From a virus: a stretch of DNA of 64,000 bases. Numbering within the stretch: the first letter of the stretch is position 1; the number at the start of each line of letters is the position of its first letter. The stretch lies in the IMG/VR virus record IMGVR_UViG_3300045988_105030. One strand, 5' to 3'. A program made the translations under genes and the position numbers. Shown in pieces: positions 62,237 to 64,000 of the stretch. Below the pieces are notes generated by a model. It saw only the letters and a list, made by a program, of their open reading frames with translations. It searched no databases and was not told the origin of the DNA.

Positions 62237-64000
62237 CGCGCCATAAAGCACTTGGGAGATATTACAAATATCAACGGCGCGGAGATCAAACCGGTGTGGG
62301 TGGTGACGGGCGGCAGTCCCTGTCAGGACCTTTCCATCGCCGGGAAACGCGCCGGTTTGGCGGGAGCGCGAAGCGGCCTGTTTATGGAGCAGGTTCGTAT
62401 TGTAAAAGAAATGAGGGAGGCAGACAAAAGGAATGGACGGACAGGTGCGGAAGTACGCCCGCGCTACATGGTGTGGGAAAATGTTTGCTTTGCCGGGGAA
62501 ACGCTGGTGGCTTGCAAGAGCGGCTATAAGCGCATAGACCAAATTGCCGTGGGTGATGAGGTAAAGACCCACACGGGGATGTACCGCCCGGTGGCGAAGG
62601 TCATGCGGACGAAAAATCAGGCAGTGGTACGGCTGAAGGTCAGCGGCGCGGAGGACATCATCTGTACGCCAAATCACCCGCTGTACATCATGGAAAAGGT
62701 GTACGCAAACGCAGGGAAAAAGCAGGGGCGCAGTTTCACGAAACCGAGATGGGAAGCCGCTGAGAACCTGAATGACAGGTGCATGGTGGCGTACAAGCTG
62801 GACGAACCGACACTGCCGGACAACTTTATCACGCCGGACGAGGCGTGGGCGCTGGGACGCTATATGGCGGATGGGAGCGTGGACTTGAATCGAGGAACGC
62901 CGCGTATATTTATCAGCGTGGGCAACGCAAAACTGGAGGAGGCAAGGGAGCATTTGCACCGGTTGCCATATCAGATACACGAGAACGCACCCCACGCCAC
63001 AGCGACCAATATGGTGTTTTCGTCACAGGAGTTTTACAACCTTGTTTCCGGCGTTGGAAAGGGAGCGGGGAACAAGCGCGTACCGCCCTTCGTGTTTGAT
63101 TTGCCGTTCAGTTTGCAGAAGTGCGTACTGAACGGGTATATCAGCGGGGACGGGTACATCAGGGAGCGCGGAAAGTGCAGGGAGTTGTGCTGCGTAACCG
63201 CCAGCAGAGAATTGGCATACGGCATCGCCCGGATGATACGGAATGTGTACCGGGTCGGCGCCAACATCTCCGTAAGAAAACCAAAAGACGGGAGAATGGG
63301 CGGACGCATTATCAAGGCAAACTATCCCTGCTATTGCGTGACGGCGGCACTGACCAATAAAAACAGCACGGGCGTGTGCAAAGACGGCTTTGTGTGGCAG
63401 ATGGTAAAAAGCGTGGAGCCGTGCAGAGAAAAGGCGACCGTCTACAATTTGAGCGTTTGGGAGGATAACACCTATGGAGCAAATGACGTTGTGGCCCATA
63501 ACTGCGGAGCATTCAGCAGCAACAGAGGAAAAGACTTCGCAGCCGTGCTGGAAGAAATTGCGCGTATCGCAGAACCAGGATTTTCTCTATCTGGACTGCC
63601 GGAAAAGTGGAAATGGACAAAAGCAGGAGCCATTGACGGTGATGGGTGGTCTATCGCTTGGCGAACTCACGACACTAAGGACTGGGGAAAAACCATCCGA
63701 GACAGCCGTACAGGAAATGTTATCCGTTTGGGGACCCCACAGCGTCGCCGAAGAATCTCGGTTGTCGCAGATTTTGGAGGTGAATCCGCCGCCCAAATAC
63801 AATTTGACCGCGAAAGCGTGTCTGGGCATCCTGCGGAGAGCGGAGCGGCGGGGGAAGGCCTTGCCGGAGCGGCTGAAAGCGGTTTTAATCCGGCAGTCGC
63901 AAGGAACCTCACCGCAAGAGCGGACGGAAGCCCCTGCGCCGACAGAGGCCCCAACATCGTATGCAGTCCGCATCAGGGGGGCTGTGACGGAGGAGGAAAA
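62237..64000 (+). CDS. DNA (cytosine-5)-methyltransferase, N-terminally truncated, intein-containing, running off the window
   Basis: The frame opens after TGA 62234-36. Motif IV GGSPCQDLSIAG, motif VI VWENV, then (after the intein) GAFSSNRGKDF, motif VIII QRRRRI and ADFGG. No FxGxG motif I. Confidence 0.7.
62486..63502 (+). mobile_element. Intein (339 aa) with a LAGLIDADG homing endonuclease domain
   Basis: Starts CFAGETLV. Block B TPNHPL. LAGLIDADG motifs LGRYMADGS and LNGYISGDGY. Ends VVAHN followed by Cys +1. In frame with no stops. Confidence 0.75.

Larger units (their letters stand above)
49947..64000. mobile_element. Prophage B, att site plus early region (lysogeny, recombination, replication); right end lies outside the window
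   Basis: att core, integrase, cI- and cro-like switch, exonuclease/RecT, SSB-like protein, replisome organizer, DnaB and methyltransferase, all in canonical temperate-phage order. Confidence 0.8.

Noticed and set aside
1-64000. CRISPR arrays, rRNA genes, transposase or IS elements, reverse transcriptases (retron or DGR), and classical defence ATPase or nuclease operons
   Set aside because: There are no regularly spaced repeats of CRISPR type, no rRNA-like sequence, and no ORF with transposase, RT or large NTPase motifs beyond the phage terminase and DnaB.

Overview
GC-rich, Clostridia-like DNA (inferred from GGAGG-type ribosome binding sites and the gene families present). Almost the whole window is mobile DNA.

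Layout:
- 1-29.3 kb: late half of a siphovirus-type prophage (A). It carries an XRE regulator, a beta-class DNA methyltransferase, terminase, portal, capsid, a tRNA-Ser-like gene, connectors, major tail, a 1383-aa tape measure, tail tip and fibre, a Dp-1-type holin and an amidase-SPOR endolysin.
- 29.4-32.2 kb: tyrosine integrase, Rha antirepressor, and a low-GC islet with a ribbon-helix-helix (RHH) gene and a small Cys-rich gene.
- 32.3-33.8 kb: cysteine desulfurase and HU. These look chromosomal.
- 33.8-35.5 kb: ORF-free RNA region. It holds an orphan tRNA-Gly 3' fragment, tRNA-Gly(UCC), two tRNA-like genes with defective anticodon arms and tRNA-Thr(CGU), all separated by long, related, structured spacers.
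- 35.5-49.9 kb: accessory mobile segment. Minus strand: zinc-ribbon membrane proteins, an orphan N6-type methyltransferase, a clamp-like protein and ICE-type accessory genes with repeated leaders. Then a palindromic divergent promoter with an RHH regulator and an iteron-rich non-coding kilobase. Plus strand: phage early-type zinc-ribbon and Lar-like genes and a 3D-domain hydrolase.
- 49.95-50.2 kb: attP-like site.
- 50.2-64 kb: early half of a second prophage (B). It carries integrase, two XRE repressors, Cro, YqaJ exonuclease, RecT, an SSB-like protein, a replisome organizer, DnaB and a C5-methyltransferase.

Most notable findings:
- recT is split by a group I intron carrying a GIY-YIG homing endonuclease.
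- The C5-methyltransferase carries a LAGLIDADG intein and lacks its N-terminal AdoMet motif.
- The unusual tRNA and tRNA-like array lies next to a 660-nt structured non-coding region.
- A promoter-plus-terminator small-RNA candidate is present.
- The att site has integrase arm-type repeats on both sides of the core.

All functional calls come from motif recognition by eye. No database search was run.
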